Of a stretch of 55,632 bases of DNA, positions 34,467 through 45,111 are shown piece after piece. The translations under genes were made by a program, and so were the position numbers. The notes under the pieces are model-generated. The model had not been told where the DNA came from, searched no databases, and saw nothing but the letters and a program-made list of their open reading frames with translations. The stretch comes from a virus (lineage: Duplodnaviria > Caudoviricetes). Within the stretch, counting starts at the first letter, position 1. Every line of letters begins with the position of its first letter. The stretch lies in IMG/VR virus record IMGVR_UViG_3300045006_000223, positions 1 to 55,632 of that record. One strand, given 5' to 3'.

Positions 34467-37337
34467 CTATTTACTGGGCGCACTGAGCGCGGATGCGCCT
34501 GTTACCTCAGGTTTATATACTATATTCTGTATGCTTCCGCCATCGCCAGTCGCACTTTCTATCGATAAATTATTGCCTGCAGAATCAAACTTACCACCTG
34601 CCCGCACAAGATCGCGCAACTTATCGTCTTTCACAACCACCTCAAATCCGAGCCAACCACCTTTGTCACGGGATATTTTTATGTTGGCGCTGTCTCTGTA
34701 CTCCTGCATTGTGAGATCGCCGCCAAGTTTTACTGCCGCGTCAGCTGCCGCTCTGTACATCTGCTGGTCCAGTATTTGACCATACGCAATTGACGAGTCT
34801 CTGGTGTGCCTTGCCGCAAGTCTTTTTAGTCCGCTTGCAGAAAAGTCCGGTTGTTGTATGCTTCGCGCCAGCGCATCCAACTGTGTTTTTATTGGGAGTG
34901 CGTCTTCTGTACGGTACGGCTGGTCGTACGCGTCGGTCATGCCAGTTATACTTCTATCAACAAGAGCGTAAATATCGGTTATATCCTTGACACCGAATCG
35001 GCCAGCGTCGACGTGTTCTCGCATTTGCGCCGTAGTTTCAAGTATTGTGGGCAACACACCAGCATCACCAAGCGATAACGCCCTGACAAGTGCTTGTAGC
35101 GCAGCGTTTTTTGGATACTTCTTAGCCAGAAGCAGTAGCACCCTGTTCTGTGCGGCTATTGCATCATTCGGCCGTGCTTTGGGCACGGTAGTGTTGGATG
35201 TAGTAATAAGCGCTTCCGCATTGTCCATCGCCTGCAGCGCAGCCTGTGTCGACTCTGCAAGTTGTCCAATACCCATACCAGACATTTCCGGCGTTGCGCC
35301 TTCAAGCTTTCCACCAAAACCCTCCACGCCGCTACCAAGTGACGTCTTCAGCTTGCTGAGCGCGATAATGCTTGTTATATACGGGCGGTGTGTGTAAAGA
35401 AAATCCTTAGCATTGATACCTGTGCCAAGCCTCTTTTGCACCTCGGCGTAGTATTCCGCGAGCCTACCGCCCGCAACCATGCCAGATTCATTCTCGCTGA
35501 TGTACTTTACCGTGTCGCTAAGCCTGCGTTCGAATGTACTGTTGTCTACACCTCGCGGAGTGTTCGGCCTGTATAAACCGACAGTAGCGGTAAGCTCTGC
35601 TTGCCGCTTTAGATTTTCCTGCACGTATCGATTGTTGTTAAGTACTTCCTGCATGGGGTCTATCTTAGCCATTATCGGACGAAGAAAGTTCTTCAGCATC
35701 ACTACTATCTGCTCGACAAGACCAAGCAGCTTGTTAAATGCCAAGTCTTTAACGCTCTCAAAAAATGCCCCGCCTTCCGTTATTTTTTTACCAGCCTCAT
35801 TGCTGCTTTGCTGGCCAACATCGCCCTGCTTCACAACCTTCGTAGAGAAGGTGTTTACAAGCCATTTGTATAACTCCGCGCCTGTCCAGTTTTGGTTTGC
35901 AGATATGCCACCATTATCGCGCATATGCGCAAATATAGCATTGAGCAACATCTCTGTCCCAGTTCCGCCGATGCGTCTGGCGACTAACAGGTTATCAGCC
36001 GCCGCCTCCTCTATCGACTGGCGCGTCATAATACCACCGCGTCCGCGTGAGGTTACGTTGATCGCGCCAGCAAGTGTCTCCATGAGCAAATCCTTAGCAT
36101 TGCCCGCACCACCTGCGGCCATGTTGACAAACTTACGAACATCGTCACCTGATTGGTAAAATTTGCCGACCTCTTTTAGAGCCGATTCGAAACCAGCCGA
36201 ATCCACGTGTGCGAAGCTATCAAGCAGTGTACCCATCGCTTGTGAAAACGGATCGTATCCTACTTTATCAAGCCTCATACCGCGTGCTATAGCAGTCATT
36301 GTTGCGAACTCGGGCGTTGTTAGGTTGTATTTCGCGCTATCCATCGCCATTTTTGTGGTGCCCTTGGCAGTCTCCAACACACCACTCAGTATCTTGCCAG
36401 AAACTACCAGCCCTGCGCCGAGTAGCGATATGACAGTTTTCAGCGTACTGAGCGCGACACTGGCTGCCAGCTTGGCAGCGCCGCCACCAGCGCCGTCCCC
36501 GCCACCAGGCAGTAGTGACTCTTTACTAGCTGCATCTTCAGCAGCCAGTTTCTTTGCTATAGCGCTATTAGGATACTTTTTCGCGTATGCTATTTCAGCC
36601 TTTTCACGCATACGTGTATTAAGTTCGTGCTGGCTAATCTTCAAATACTCCTGCTCGAACGGAGTTCTGAACGGCTTCATTTTCAAATCAGTAACTGCCT
36701 CTGGGTGCGCAAGCTCGTATGATTCTTTAAGCTTTGCAACCTCTACTGCCTTGCGCCGTCTTCTTGCGAACTCAGACGCAGCCTTTTCCGACATATTAGC
36801 ACCGGACGCGTAACCCATGGCTGCGGCGCTTTCGCCGGCGAGCACCTGCCTATCGCCAGCGTTCATTACACTATACAGCCCTTTCGAAGCGCTTGACGGC
36901 ACCATGTACTGCACTATGCCAGTGGACTTGTCGACATGCGACGTGCCTCCTGCGCTGCGCACATACTCGCGCATCGCCGCAGTTGACCTGGCATTTAGTG
37001 GACGTTCAGTTACCTGTGAATACGCAGTACTCCGCACGTTACCTATGTTTATCGACTCGTCTTTTTTCATGCCGAGTGCACTATGAATTTCAGCGAGCTG
37101 TGCCTTCAGATTATTTATAACGCTTTGCGGACCTGTAAACGCAAATGTAGTGTTGCGCATTTTTCCATTGTCGCTGTACACAGTGCGCCTTAAAATCCCG
37201 AGTTCGTCAGCAAGCGGTTTTAACAACTTCATGACCTCTTTCTCGAACTTATCCGAAAAAGCCATGCCCTGGCTTGTTGACAGGTCAGAACTAACAGTAA
37301 ACTCGCGCATCATCCTACGCTTTATTTCTCTATCCAC
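34467..37337 (-). CDS. Tape measure protein
   Basis: 956 aa, Ala/Gly-rich, helical, follows the chaperone pair. Confidence 0.85.
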   Translation of the reverse strand: MDREIKRRMMREFTVSSDLSTSQGMAFSDKFEKEVMKLLKPLADELGILRRTVYSDNGKMRNTTFAFTGPQSVINNLKAQLAEIHSALGMKKDESINIGNVRSTAYSQVTERPLNARSTAAMREYVRSAGGTSHVDKSTGIVQYMVPSSASKGLYSVMNAGDRQVLAGESAAAMGYASGANMSEKAASEFARRRRKAVEVAKLKESYELAHPEAVTDLKMKPFRTPFEQEYLKISQHELNTRMREKAEIAYAKKYPNSAIAKKLAAEDAASKESLLPGGGDGAGGGAAKLAASVALSTLKTVISLLGAGLVVSGKILSGVLETAKGTTKMAMDSAKYNLTTPEFATMTAIARGMRLDKVGYDPFSQAMGTLLDSFAHVDSAGFESALKEVGKFYQSGDDVRKFVNMAAGGAGNAKDLLMETLAGAINVTSRGRGGIMTRQSIEEAAADNLLVARRIGGTGTEMLLNAIFAHMRDNGGISANQNWTGAELYKWLVNTFSTKVVKQGDVGQQSSNEAGKKITEGGAFFESVKDLAFNKLLGLVEQIVVMLKNFLRPIMAKIDPMQEVLNNNRYVQENLKRQAELTATVGLYRPNTPRGVDNSTFERRLSDTVKYISENESGMVAGGRLAEYYAEVQKRLGTGINAKDFLYTHRPYITSIIALSKLKTSLGSGVEGFGGKLEGATPEMSGMGIGQLAESTQAALQAMDNAEALITTSNTTVPKARPNDAIAAQNRVLLLLAKKYPKNAALQALVRALSLGDAGVLPTILETTAQMREHVDAGRFGVKDITDIYALVDRSITGMTDAYDQPYRTEDALPIKTQLDALARSIQQPDFSASGLKRLAARHTRDSSIAYGQILDQQMYRAAADAAVKLGGDLTMQEYRDSANIKISRDKGGWLGFEVVVKDDKLRDLVRAGGKFDSAGNNLSIESATGDGGSIQNIVYKPEVTGASALSAPSK

Positions 37338-37620
37338 GGTCTACCTTCGCTTCCAGCGCCTCAAGCGCCAATGACTTCATTTTACCTTTCGTTGCGCAGT
37401 AGTGCATAAACTCAAACAGTTCTACAAATGATTTTGGTCTATCATGCAGTTCTGCCATGAACTCATAGCAGAAAAAAAGAAGTTCACGGTCGGTTCCGAA
37501 ATACCTACGCATCACTGATGCGGCGTCTACCCCTGATAGATCAGCTTCCTCTTGGCCGCTCCCTTTTTCTGTGGTGTCTGGGATTGAGCGCTTTGAGCGG
37601 GTCCAGGCACCGGAAACTTT
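37330..37620 (-). CDS. Tail assembly chaperone, -1 frameshift extension (gpGT-like)
   Basis: Open -1 frame from the slippery A_AAA_AAG to the TMP start. Confidence 0.8.
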   Translation of the reverse strand, partial: KVSGAWTRSKRSIPDTTEKGSGQEEADLSGVDAASVMRRYFGTDRELLFFCYEFMAELHDRPKSFVELFEFMHYCATKGKMKSLALEALEAKVDRG

Positions 37621-38033
37621 TTTAGTAGGGACGCCCCCATAAAGTCGATGAGCCACGTCACGACGACAGGGTACTCGTCGATGAAGTCGCAGCCACGCAG
37701 ATTTTGGTAGCGATCAGTAACGTGGATACTGGCCATCTCGACGAGCACTCCAGCCTCGTTACGGATGGAGATCACGAGGTCTTTGTCGACCAACATCTGC
37801 ATGGTAATGTCGAACATCATGTCGAAATCGTCAAGTGCGGTCAGGGCGCGGCACTCCTCTAACAGGTCCAGCTTGTTCACACCGGAAGGGAAGCTGAACA
37901 CAACGCGGTTCTGCTTTACGTCCTCCCGGATGATCTGGTACTCCTCTTGGTAGTCGAGCACGGAAGCGTCCATGACGAAGCTTCTCGGCGGCGCAACCCC
38001 AGTGATCTGCTCGGCAAAGTTGTCCTGTCTCAT
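37527..38033 (-). CDS. Tail assembly chaperone (gpG-like)
   Basis: Between tube and TMP; in-frame A_AAA_AAG at 37623-37617. Confidence 0.8.
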   Translation of the reverse strand: MRQDNFAEQITGVAPPRSFVMDASVLDYQEEYQIIREDVKQNRVVFSFPSGVNKLDLLEECRALTALDDFDMMFDITMQMLVDKDLVISIRNEAGVLVEMASIHVTDRYQNLRGCDFIDEYPVVVTWLIDFMGASLLKKFPVPGPAQSAQSQTPQKKGAAKRKLIYQG

Positions 38034-38048
38034 TGCAGCTCTCCTGAT

Positions 38049-38087
38049 AAAATACGGGCGAAGGCAGTTTTAACCCACCTCCGCCCG
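38049..38087 (-). terminator. Terminator after the tail tube gene
   Basis: CGGGCGGAGG/CCTTCGCCCG stem then TATTTT. Confidence 0.65.
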
Positions 38088-38112
38088 AAGTTTTTCTGCC
38101 TGACCAGACAGC

Positions 38113-38901
38113 TTATACCGGCCAGGTCGGATTGGGGTTCGTCGAGTCCGGGTCCACGCTCGGGTAGCCGCCAGCCGGTGCTGTGGTCGGAACCTGCGTG
38201 GCAATGTCACCGGTCTGGCTGTCCGCATCGCCAGCGTTGACGCCACCGACGATGCCGAGCGGGTTGCCGCCGAAGAAGCTGGCCTGGTTTTCAGATTCTT
38301 GGATGGCATAGGGCTTGTACACACCCTTGAGGCCGTACTTGTTGCCGACTGCCCAGATAGTCTTCTCGTTGAGCGCCGCAGCGCCGGAAACGCCTTGGAC
38401 CCAGCCGGCGTACAGCATCACGACCGAGTATGGTACGACACTGTTACCGGCTTTCTTCAGATGCGGCACGTTCTTGAACGACACACCGTAGAAGACGGTG
38501 ACGAGGCGCTTGCCATTGATCGATTCAATGTGGGTGAACGTGCCGCCGATGTCGTCCTTCGACGCGATTATCAAGTGTGCTGCCGCGATGAGGTCGCCAG
38601 TGCCTACCAGACCGGTGGTGCGGATGACCGGCAGGGTAAGCTGCCCGGCCATCAGGTGGTTGGTGATGGTGATCACCGATCCGTCAACCAGCACCTCCTG
38701 GAAGGAGCTGTCCTGGGATGGGGTTGCATCGATGAACAGCTCGTTCAGCCGGACAGCGCGGGAAACGTCGATTTCGTCGACGGGCGATGCCTGGCTAATC
38801 TGGCCGGACAGGAATGGATGGCGGAACTTCATGATGGTGCCGCCGGCAGTCTGGAACGAACTTCTCGGGTGCGCCGCAGCGCGGTTGTTTGCGTAGGCCA
38901 T
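38113..38901 (-). CDS. Tail tube protein (putative)
   Basis: Follows the sheath; biased codons. Confidence 0.7.
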   Translation of the reverse strand: MAYANNRAAAHPRSSFQTAGGTIMKFRHPFLSGQISQASPVDEIDVSRAVRLNELFIDATPSQDSSFQEVLVDGSVITITNHLMAGQLTLPVIRTTGLVGTGDLIAAAHLIIASKDDIGGTFTHIESINGKRLVTVFYGVSFKNVPHLKKAGNSVVPYSVVMLYAGWVQGVSGAAALNEKTIWAVGNKYGLKGVYKPYAIQESENQASFFGGNPLGIVGGVNAGDADSQTGDIATQVPTTAPAGGYPSVDPDSTNPNPTWPV

Positions 38902-38913
38902 ATCGTTGTCTCC

Positions 38914-40605
38914 TTATTCCGCGGTGATCCCGCCAGTCACGACGATCTCATCCAGATCGTCGACATACTTGGCGGACCAGGCACTGGCAGCTTCCAGCTT
39001 GGTCATGCCGGTCTTCGCCACAGCGAAGGGCGGGAACGACAGGGTAATCATGCGCAGTCGGCCGGTGGTCGAGAAACCGAGCAGGTTGTTCTTGACGATT
39101 TCCTGAATCTGGCTGTACGCAGCCTCGTCGGTGAGTACCGGATCGGTGAGTGTGCCCTTGTCGGTGACAAGTTTGGCGCACTCCTGGGAAGACGTGTAAT
39201 CGACAAACTTGCTGATCATCAGTGCGTTCACCGGGATACCAGTCACGCCGCGAGCAGAAGAAAGGGCGCTGTCCTGCGGGGTGTTGTCCGCGATGGTGGA
39301 CAGGAAGCCGACGTTCATCTCGTCCAGCTGGTCGAACACCTTGGAGAAGTTTTCGTTCACTTCGGAGTTCAGCCAGGACGGGTAGCCGAGCGGCTTGATC
39401 TTCGCGCCAGACAGGCGCAGCAGCGAAAGCTTGTTGCCGATGTACTGGCCGGAGGCGTTCCGGCTGACAAACCAGGATGACAGGATTTCGGTGAAGACGT
39501 TCACCGGCTCAGAGTGGGTGATGACCCACGTGTTCAGGGCCTCGATCAGCCACAAGGCACCCCAGTAGTACTGGGAGCGCGGGATCGGCACCTCGGCAGT
39601 CGCGCCCTTGGTGAGCGAGGTCATCCACGCTTTCTGCGCTGCGGCGTTCTGGCTGGTGATGAGGCAGGTGTTGGTGTCCACATTGCTCGTCACCGGGTAG
39701 CCGCTCTGCGAGAGCGTGACCTTGGCCAGCGACCAGAAGAAGGACAGCTTCTGGTTCAGCTTGCACTGGTATGCCAGCGCCAGCGACAGGTCGAAGTACT
39801 TGGACGGCACAGCAGCCGGCGTCGGGTTGGCAGCGGTCCCCTGCACGATGTCAGTACAGGTGAATGTCAGCAGTTCGGCACCGCCGGCCAGCGCCGGGGA
39901 GAACTTGTTGACGGCCATGGCACCGGTCGCCAGCGAGGCGTCTATGCCAACCGTGTCGGCCACGATTTCGATGCCTACCAAGTCGTCGCCGGCAGCCAGC
40001 ACCACGTCAGCCAGCACTTCCAGGGTGAAGTGCTTGACGGTATCGTCGTAGATGTAGGTGCCGGCCGGCAGTGTGTGACTGACCAGCGTGCCGTTGCTGA
40101 TGGTGACGGTCATGCGGGCTTTGGTGCCGGGGTAGGGGATCACGACCGGCTTGCCGTCGAAGTTCTCGTCGAACATCATCTTCACGTAGGAGATGAAGTA
40201 CAGCTTCTCGAAGGCAGCGGTCAGCGGAGCGTAGGTGATGCTCTTGGTGCCGATGACCCAATCGCCGGCCTGTGCGTCATCGAACACGATGACGTAAACG
40301 ATGAGTGCTGCGTTGCTGTCTTGATTGAACGCGCTGGCCCACTGGTCGAGCATCGCGCCCTTCATGACCTTGGCGTAATTAGTGACATCGACGGTGAGCA
40401 CGACGGGCTTGGTGGCCGTCAGCTCGTCAGAAAAGTCCTCCCAACCAACGATGTTGTTGGCGGCGTATGCCTTGGGGACATACAGCGACACGGCGTTGAA
40501 CAGTTCGTTCTTCTCGTTGACGACGACCTGCACAGAGGACGAAAACCGCATCTTGCGCTGGGCAATACTGCCCTCATAGTTTACGTTGATGATCCTACCC
40601 CCCAT
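38914..40605 (-). CDS. Tail sheath protein (putative)
   Basis: 563 aa; C-terminal DEIVVTG; synteny with baseplate genes. Confidence 0.75.
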   Translation of the reverse strand: MGGRIINVNYEGSIAQRKMRFSSSVQVVVNEKNELFNAVSLYVPKAYAANNIVGWEDFSDELTATKPVVLTVDVTNYAKVMKGAMLDQWASAFNQDSNAALIVYVIVFDDAQAGDWVIGTKSITYAPLTAAFEKLYFISYVKMMFDENFDGKPVVIPYPGTKARMTVTISNGTLVSHTLPAGTYIYDDTVKHFTLEVLADVVLAAGDDLVGIEIVADTVGIDASLATGAMAVNKFSPALAGGAELLTFTCTDIVQGTAANPTPAAVPSKYFDLSLALAYQCKLNQKLSFFWSLAKVTLSQSGYPVTSNVDTNTCLITSQNAAAQKAWMTSLTKGATAEVPIPRSQYYWGALWLIEALNTWVITHSEPVNVFTEILSSWFVSRNASGQYIGNKLSLLRLSGAKIKPLGYPSWLNSEVNENFSKVFDQLDEMNVGFLSTIADNTPQDSALSSARGVTGIPVNALMISKFVDYTSSQECAKLVTDKGTLTDPVLTDEAAYSQIQEIVKNNLLGFSTTGRLRMITLSFPPFAVAKTGMTKLEAASAWSAKYVDDLDEIVVTGGITAE

Positions 40606-40620
40606 TGTCTCCCGGACTGC

Positions 40621-41205
40621 TTATTGCTCTGCTGTCCCGCCTGAAATGGTGTCTCCGGGAGCCAGCGACACGTATTCGAGCGGCTGCCACTTCAAATCAA
40701 TACTCTCTTTATACTCTATCTTTACGGAGAGGTCAAACGCTATAGACGAGTTTCCGACGCCGTAATAGTCTATGTTGACAGGAACTATGTCCCCGACGAA
40801 CTCAAGAATCTTGCCCTGGCAGATTTCCCAGAAAATCTCGGCCACATGCTCCCGCTGGTTGATGTGGTGGAACGCCTTCGCCCACAGCTCGGCCTCGATG
40901 CCGACGAACCGAATATCGACCGTGGCTAGCTTGTAGGCCGCGTTTTCGCCGCCGTCCACCGTCGCCTGGCTAAAGTCCTGGGCAATCCGGTCATCCCTGG
41001 CAATCCAGTACTCGATGAAGGTGTCCTTTGCCGTGTCACCCTGCAACGGATTGTCGAAGTTGTGTTGCATCGGCACGATGTACTTCATGGCCTCGTGGAT
41101 GTCATCCTCGGGCATTTCGTCATAGTAGAAGTACATGTTGAAGAGTGCCACCCGAAGGCTCTCGAAGGTCACTCCCTTGTAAATGATACGCCGTGGCGTG
41201 TGCAT
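40621..41205 (-). CDS. Tail terminator / neck protein (putative)
   Basis: Synteny. Confidence 0.6.
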   Translation of the reverse strand: MHTPRRIIYKGVTFESLRVALFNMYFYYDEMPEDDIHEAMKYIVPMQHNFDNPLQGDTAKDTFIEYWIARDDRIAQDFSQATVDGGENAAYKLATVDIRFVGIEAELWAKAFHHINQREHVAEIFWEICQGKILEFVGDIVPVNIDYYGVGNSSIAFDLSVKIEYKESIDLKWQPLEYVSLAPGDTISGGTAEQ

Positions 41206-42011
41206 TATCGTACACCCTCTTTTGCCGCAGTTTGTTGATCAAGCAGTATCACCGATACCACTATACTACTGATCAGCCGGCCTGTCGCGTAAAATATCGC
41301 CGTTGATGGTATCCCGAGCTTTTTCCTGGCCTGCAGTGTTCTGTCGCTTAGTCCGCCTTTGTGCAGCGGTATCAGCCCTGATGCCAAGCTGTTCACAATG
41401 TCGGTCTTCGTTTCACGCGCAAGGTCTTCAAACACCGATTTCGTCATCGGCGCTGCCCACACATCGTAGTTCGACAGATACGCCTTGTGTGCCTTCCGTC
41501 TTCGCTGTGCTTCGTCCGCGATATTCTGCTTCAGGCTGCGCACAGCCTTGTCGTATTTCGGCTTCATATGCGACTCGAAAACAGAAAGAAAATAGTCTTC
41601 CATGAACCTGCGCCCGCCGTTGTACGCAATGCACAGCGCCTCGTACAGCACACGGAAGGTCATGTTGCCTGCGCCGTACCTACCTGCTCCGTAATGGTTC
41701 GGGCGCACGTCGGAAGGGAAGTAGTAGCTCACCTGGTACGGCAGATCGGTCAGCTCGGTGATCCACGCGGCGTCCGCTTCGTACCGGCTGCGCATTGGGT
41801 ACAGCGTGTTTTGGCTGCCTTCCTCGTCGTCAGTGTCAACATCATCGTCGGCCTTGTCCTCAAACACCGAGTCCATGGCGATGATAGCGTCCTCGTTCTG
41901 CGCAGTCACCCTGGCTTTGCCGATCTTGATCGGCTTCGCCCGCGTGGCCGTCAGCAACGAGCGATCCATGAGCATGATTGGCAGGTTGTCAGGTGCCCAC
42001 TCGTCTGTCAC
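41205..42011 (-). CDS. Neck / tail completion protein (putative)
   Basis: LSDRT..RK...ATGRLISSI pattern; synteny. Confidence 0.6.
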   Translation of the reverse strand: MTDEWAPDNLPIMLMDRSLLTATRAKPIKIGKARVTAQNEDAIIAMDSVFEDKADDDVDTDDEEGSQNTLYPMRSRYEADAAWITELTDLPYQVSYYFPSDVRPNHYGAGRYGAGNMTFRVLYEALCIAYNGGRRFMEDYFLSVFESHMKPKYDKAVRSLKQNIADEAQRRRKAHKAYLSNYDVWAAPMTKSVFEDLARETKTDIVNSLASGLIPLHKGGLSDRTLQARKKLGIPSTAIFYATGRLISSIVVSVILLDQQTAAKEGVR

Positions 42012-42418
42012 TTGAACTCATCCAGCCCGAGGTTTACGCGCATGTGCGGCGTCTGTTTTTCATTGTTGCCGGTGACAAGCTGCAGCCCATGCTGAACAAA
42101 CCCGCCTTCACGAACATACGAGTTGTCGACGACGAACTGGTACAATTCTCCGCTGTCCTCAACGTAAAGGCCCTGTTTGATAGCCGCCTGCGGCAATTCA
42201 TCATCGCAGTAGAAGCTCGCCTGCTGATTTTCGGTTCTCAGCTCTGTTACCACAGATTCTTTGCCGCCCTTGTTGCGTGATAGATACGCGCTCACCTGGC
42301 GAAACACAACGCGCTGGTGGCTGTACCCGGCACCTACGTTCGGCCGCATAGAAAATACGTCATAGTCTTGAAACAGCTCAGGAAAATACGCGAGCTGAGC
42401 GCCGTACACCCCGCCCAC
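42008..42418 (-). CDS. Head closure protein (putative)
   Basis: Synteny, size. Confidence 0.55.
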   Translation of the reverse strand: MGGVYGAQLAYFPELFQDYDVFSMRPNVGAGYSHQRVVFRQVSAYLSRNKGGKESVVTELRTENQQASFYCDDELPQAAIKQGLYVEDSGELYQFVVDNSYVREGGFVQHGLQLVTGNNEKQTPHMRVNLGLDEFK

Positions 42419-42424
42419 TGCGGC

Positions 42425-42625
42425 CTACTTTGACACCGGACGCGCTACGCCGGACACGAAGCGCACTTCTGCAGGGTAGCTTTTCGCAAGACCGGCAGCC
42501 ACCATCTCCTCGACGGTATCAGCCAAGCTGTCGGGTATCTTGTAACAGATCGACGGGCGGAACTGCCCGCCGCCAATCGTGCACGAAAACTTCACACTGA
42601 AGTAGGAATTTTTTACTACGGGCAC
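42425..42625 (-). CDS. Small hypothetical virion protein
   Basis: AAGGAG SD. Confidence 0.65.
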   Translation of the reverse strand: MPVVKNSYFSVKFSCTIGGGQFRPSICYKIPDSLADTVEEMVAAGLAKSYPAEVRFVSGVARPVSK

Positions 42626-42639
42626 ACTGTTCTCCTTGG

Positions 42640-43113
42640 TCAGATTTGCGACTTTCCGCGCACAAGTACGCGCTTACCAGATGCACGTATCATGAGATAC
42701 GCCTTGTGCCCAAACGGATTGCTTTTCAGCGAGGACAACAGGTCTTGGTAGTGACCGCTCTCGCTGATGTTGTCAGCATACGCAATGTCGATGTCACCGA
42801 TCTTTTTTCGCTTCAACGGCACGCCACCCATGGCCGGCACACCGGCAAGCAGCTTAGGATTCGTATCGGCGATGTACCAGGCAACAAGAAGCCGGTAGCA
42901 GAGCACGGTTTTTTCATACCACACATCACGAGGATGAATATCCCATAGGGTGCCTATGCCGTAGAACATGGCATACACCGAGGATATTGCCTCTTCCAGC
43001 ACGGGTGAATTGTTCTCTGCTGCCAGCTTCGGGAACTGCGCCAGGTGACAGCGAATGAAGTCCTGCGCAGTAATCCGCGCAGGTACTCCATCCACAAAGA
43101 TCGGTGCGCCCAT
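42640..43113 (-). CDS. Head-tail adaptor (DUF4054-like)
   Basis: LLVAWY...KKIGDIDIAY...NPFG..YL pattern. Confidence 0.75.
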   Translation of the reverse strand: MGAPIFVDGVPARITAQDFIRCHLAQFPKLAAENNSPVLEEAISSVYAMFYGIGTLWDIHPRDVWYEKTVLCYRLLVAWYIADTNPKLLAGVPAMGGVPLKRKKIGDIDIAYADNISESGHYQDLLSSLKSNPFGHKAYLMIRASGKRVLVRGKSQI

Positions 43114-43517
43114 CAGAGCTTGGACCCGTCCCCGGCTTTCTGCTTGCCCTTGTCGCCCTTTTCGGCAAGGGCAGCTTCCAGCTCGGCGATCCTGGCATTG
43201 GCAGCGGCCAGCTCGCGGCGGGTGGCCACCAACATGTCGTGCGGGGTCTGGGCCTCGGCTGGCAGGTCGTCGTGGACGAACAGCAGCTTCTGCTCGACGG
43301 CATGGGCGAACAGCTTGCTCTGCTTCACCAGCGCCTCGTAGTCGGAGTCCTCGACAGCCGTGAAACCGCTTTCCAGTTGCCGGCCGCTATTGCGGTCATT
43401 ACTGGCGGGGCGGAACAAAAAGTCCCTGGACGCGACCCTCCCCGCAATGCGGGGGGAGTCGGGGTCTTCAATGCGGCATTTGATCAGTGCGATGTGCACG
43501 TTCTGAACGTACTTCAT
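43113..43517 (-). CDS. Hypothetical protein following the capsid gene
   Basis: AAGGAG SD, coiled-coil C-terminus. Confidence 0.75.
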   Translation of the reverse strand: MKYVQNVHIALIKCRIEDPDSPRIAGRVASRDFLFRPASNDRNSGRQLESGFTAVEDSDYEALVKQSKLFAHAVEQKLLFVHDDLPAEAQTPHDMLVATRRELAAANARIAELEAALAEKGDKGKQKAGDGSKL

Positions 43518-43543
43518 GTGATGTTCTCCTTCATGCCCTCAGA

Positions 43544-45082
43544 TCAGGGGGTGTACCGAGCGTTGGTGCCCATGCCGCTGATGACATGCACAGTCTTGGC
43601 GACCGGGCACAGCAGACTACCGACGCGTTTCAGGGCGGTACGGGCAACGCCGTCGCGGTAGCCGGGAGCGCTGGGCAGCACCATCTTGTCGATGGGGGTA
43701 GGAGCCATGATCAGGTCGACCAGGTTGCCTTCTTCCAGCTCGCTCTGCAGGGTCGGGAAGGTGATGAACATCAGGTCTTCCGCGGTCGCGTTGAACGGGG
43801 TGTTGGGCATCAACATGGGATCGGGCACCAGCTCGAAGGTCCGGTACAGATTGTCGCCGGAGTTGGTGACAAGCGTGCCCTGAATCTTGTTGCCGGACTC
43901 GAACGCCTTATCGATGATCGACAGCGGGTTGTTCTGGTTGAAAGTCTTGGACAGCATGGAGAACTTCAGCACCTTGTACAGAATCGGCGAGCACGTGACC
44001 TTGATGTTGACTGGCAGGAAGAAGAGGTCTTCCATCTTCTCAGCCAGCATCCGGTTGAACATCATCAGCAGGTCCGCACCGACGGTGGTGTTGGTGTTGT
44101 CGTTCCACATGTACTCGGCAGGCGGGCTGGCGGTCGGATAGAACTCGTAGGTGCCGTCGCGGTTGGCGATCTGGGTCAGGCCCTCGAAACCGGATTCAGC
44201 ATGGCCGAAGTAGTACAGCAGGCAGGACAACTGTTCCAGCATCAGGTTGGCGTAGGCATCGCGGTCGCCGATGACGGAGTTGGTCAGCCAATTCCCTTCC
44301 ATGCCACCGTAAATGCCTTCCATCGGGGTCGGCGATTCGTAGTCGATGACCAGGTTGATGACTTCGGACAGCATGGTGCCGGTGCGGTTCTTGACGCCGG
44401 TGGAGGTGTTGAACTCACCGGTTCCCTTGGCGACATTGGATACACGGGCCATGCCTTCAAAGGTTTCGGTGTATATCTGCACCAAGTCGGCCCAGATGTT
44501 GGGAATGCCGACCTTGTTGACCAGCGTTTCCGAGTAGCCGCGCAGGAAGGGCTGCTTGAAGACCTTCTGGATGCGGGCGATGTCCCAGTACGGGGTGGTC
44601 AGGCCGGACAGGATGGAGTCGTTGACGCGGCTGGCAACGCGCTCGGCCACGAACTGGCCGGACTTCTTGTCGTAGAAGCCGAAGGCCGAGATGCTGTCAG
44701 CAACGCGGTTGCGGGCGTCACTGATGCTGACACCCTTGGCGACCAGCTCGTTGACCTTCTCGACGGCCATGGCCTGCACGGCGTCGGAGGCACGGGTGAT
44801 GATCGACTTCTTCTTGGCATCCGGGCTGGCAATGATCGATTCGCCGATCATGCGCTTGGGAACGTCCAGGAACAGGGCACTGGACATGACGGCCTGGTTT
44901 CCGCGCACGCGGTACCCGCCACGGTCGCCGACGCCGCCGTCGGTGTTACGGCCCACGGAAATACCGTGATAGTGGCCGCTGTCGATCATCTCGGGGAACT
45001 GACGGCAGAGGTACTCTTCGGCCTTGCCCTTCCAGTTGTCGTAGGGTTTGGCAACGTTCAGCAAACTTCCTTTGTTCATCAT
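43544..45082 (-). CDS. Major capsid protein with N-terminal propeptide
   Basis: Strong codon bias; YFGHAESGFEGL pattern; synteny after protease and decoration genes. Confidence 0.8.
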   Translation of the reverse strand: MMNKGSLLNVAKPYDNWKGKAEEYLCRQFPEMIDSGHYHGISVGRNTDGGVGDRGGYRVRGNQAVMSSALFLDVPKRMIGESIIASPDAKKKSIITRASDAVQAMAVEKVNELVAKGVSISDARNRVADSISAFGFYDKKSGQFVAERVASRVNDSILSGLTTPYWDIARIQKVFKQPFLRGYSETLVNKVGIPNIWADLVQIYTETFEGMARVSNVAKGTGEFNTSTGVKNRTGTMLSEVINLVIDYESPTPMEGIYGGMEGNWLTNSVIGDRDAYANLMLEQLSCLLYYFGHAESGFEGLTQIANRDGTYEFYPTASPPAEYMWNDNTNTTVGADLLMMFNRMLAEKMEDLFFLPVNIKVTCSPILYKVLKFSMLSKTFNQNNPLSIIDKAFESGNKIQGTLVTNSGDNLYRTFELVPDPMLMPNTPFNATAEDLMFITFPTLQSELEEGNLVDLIMAPTPIDKMVLPSAPGYRDGVARTALKRVGSLLCPVAKTVHVISGMGTNARYTP

Positions 45083-45111
45083 GCTTTCCTTTTCTCGGTT
45101 TGGACTGTGGG

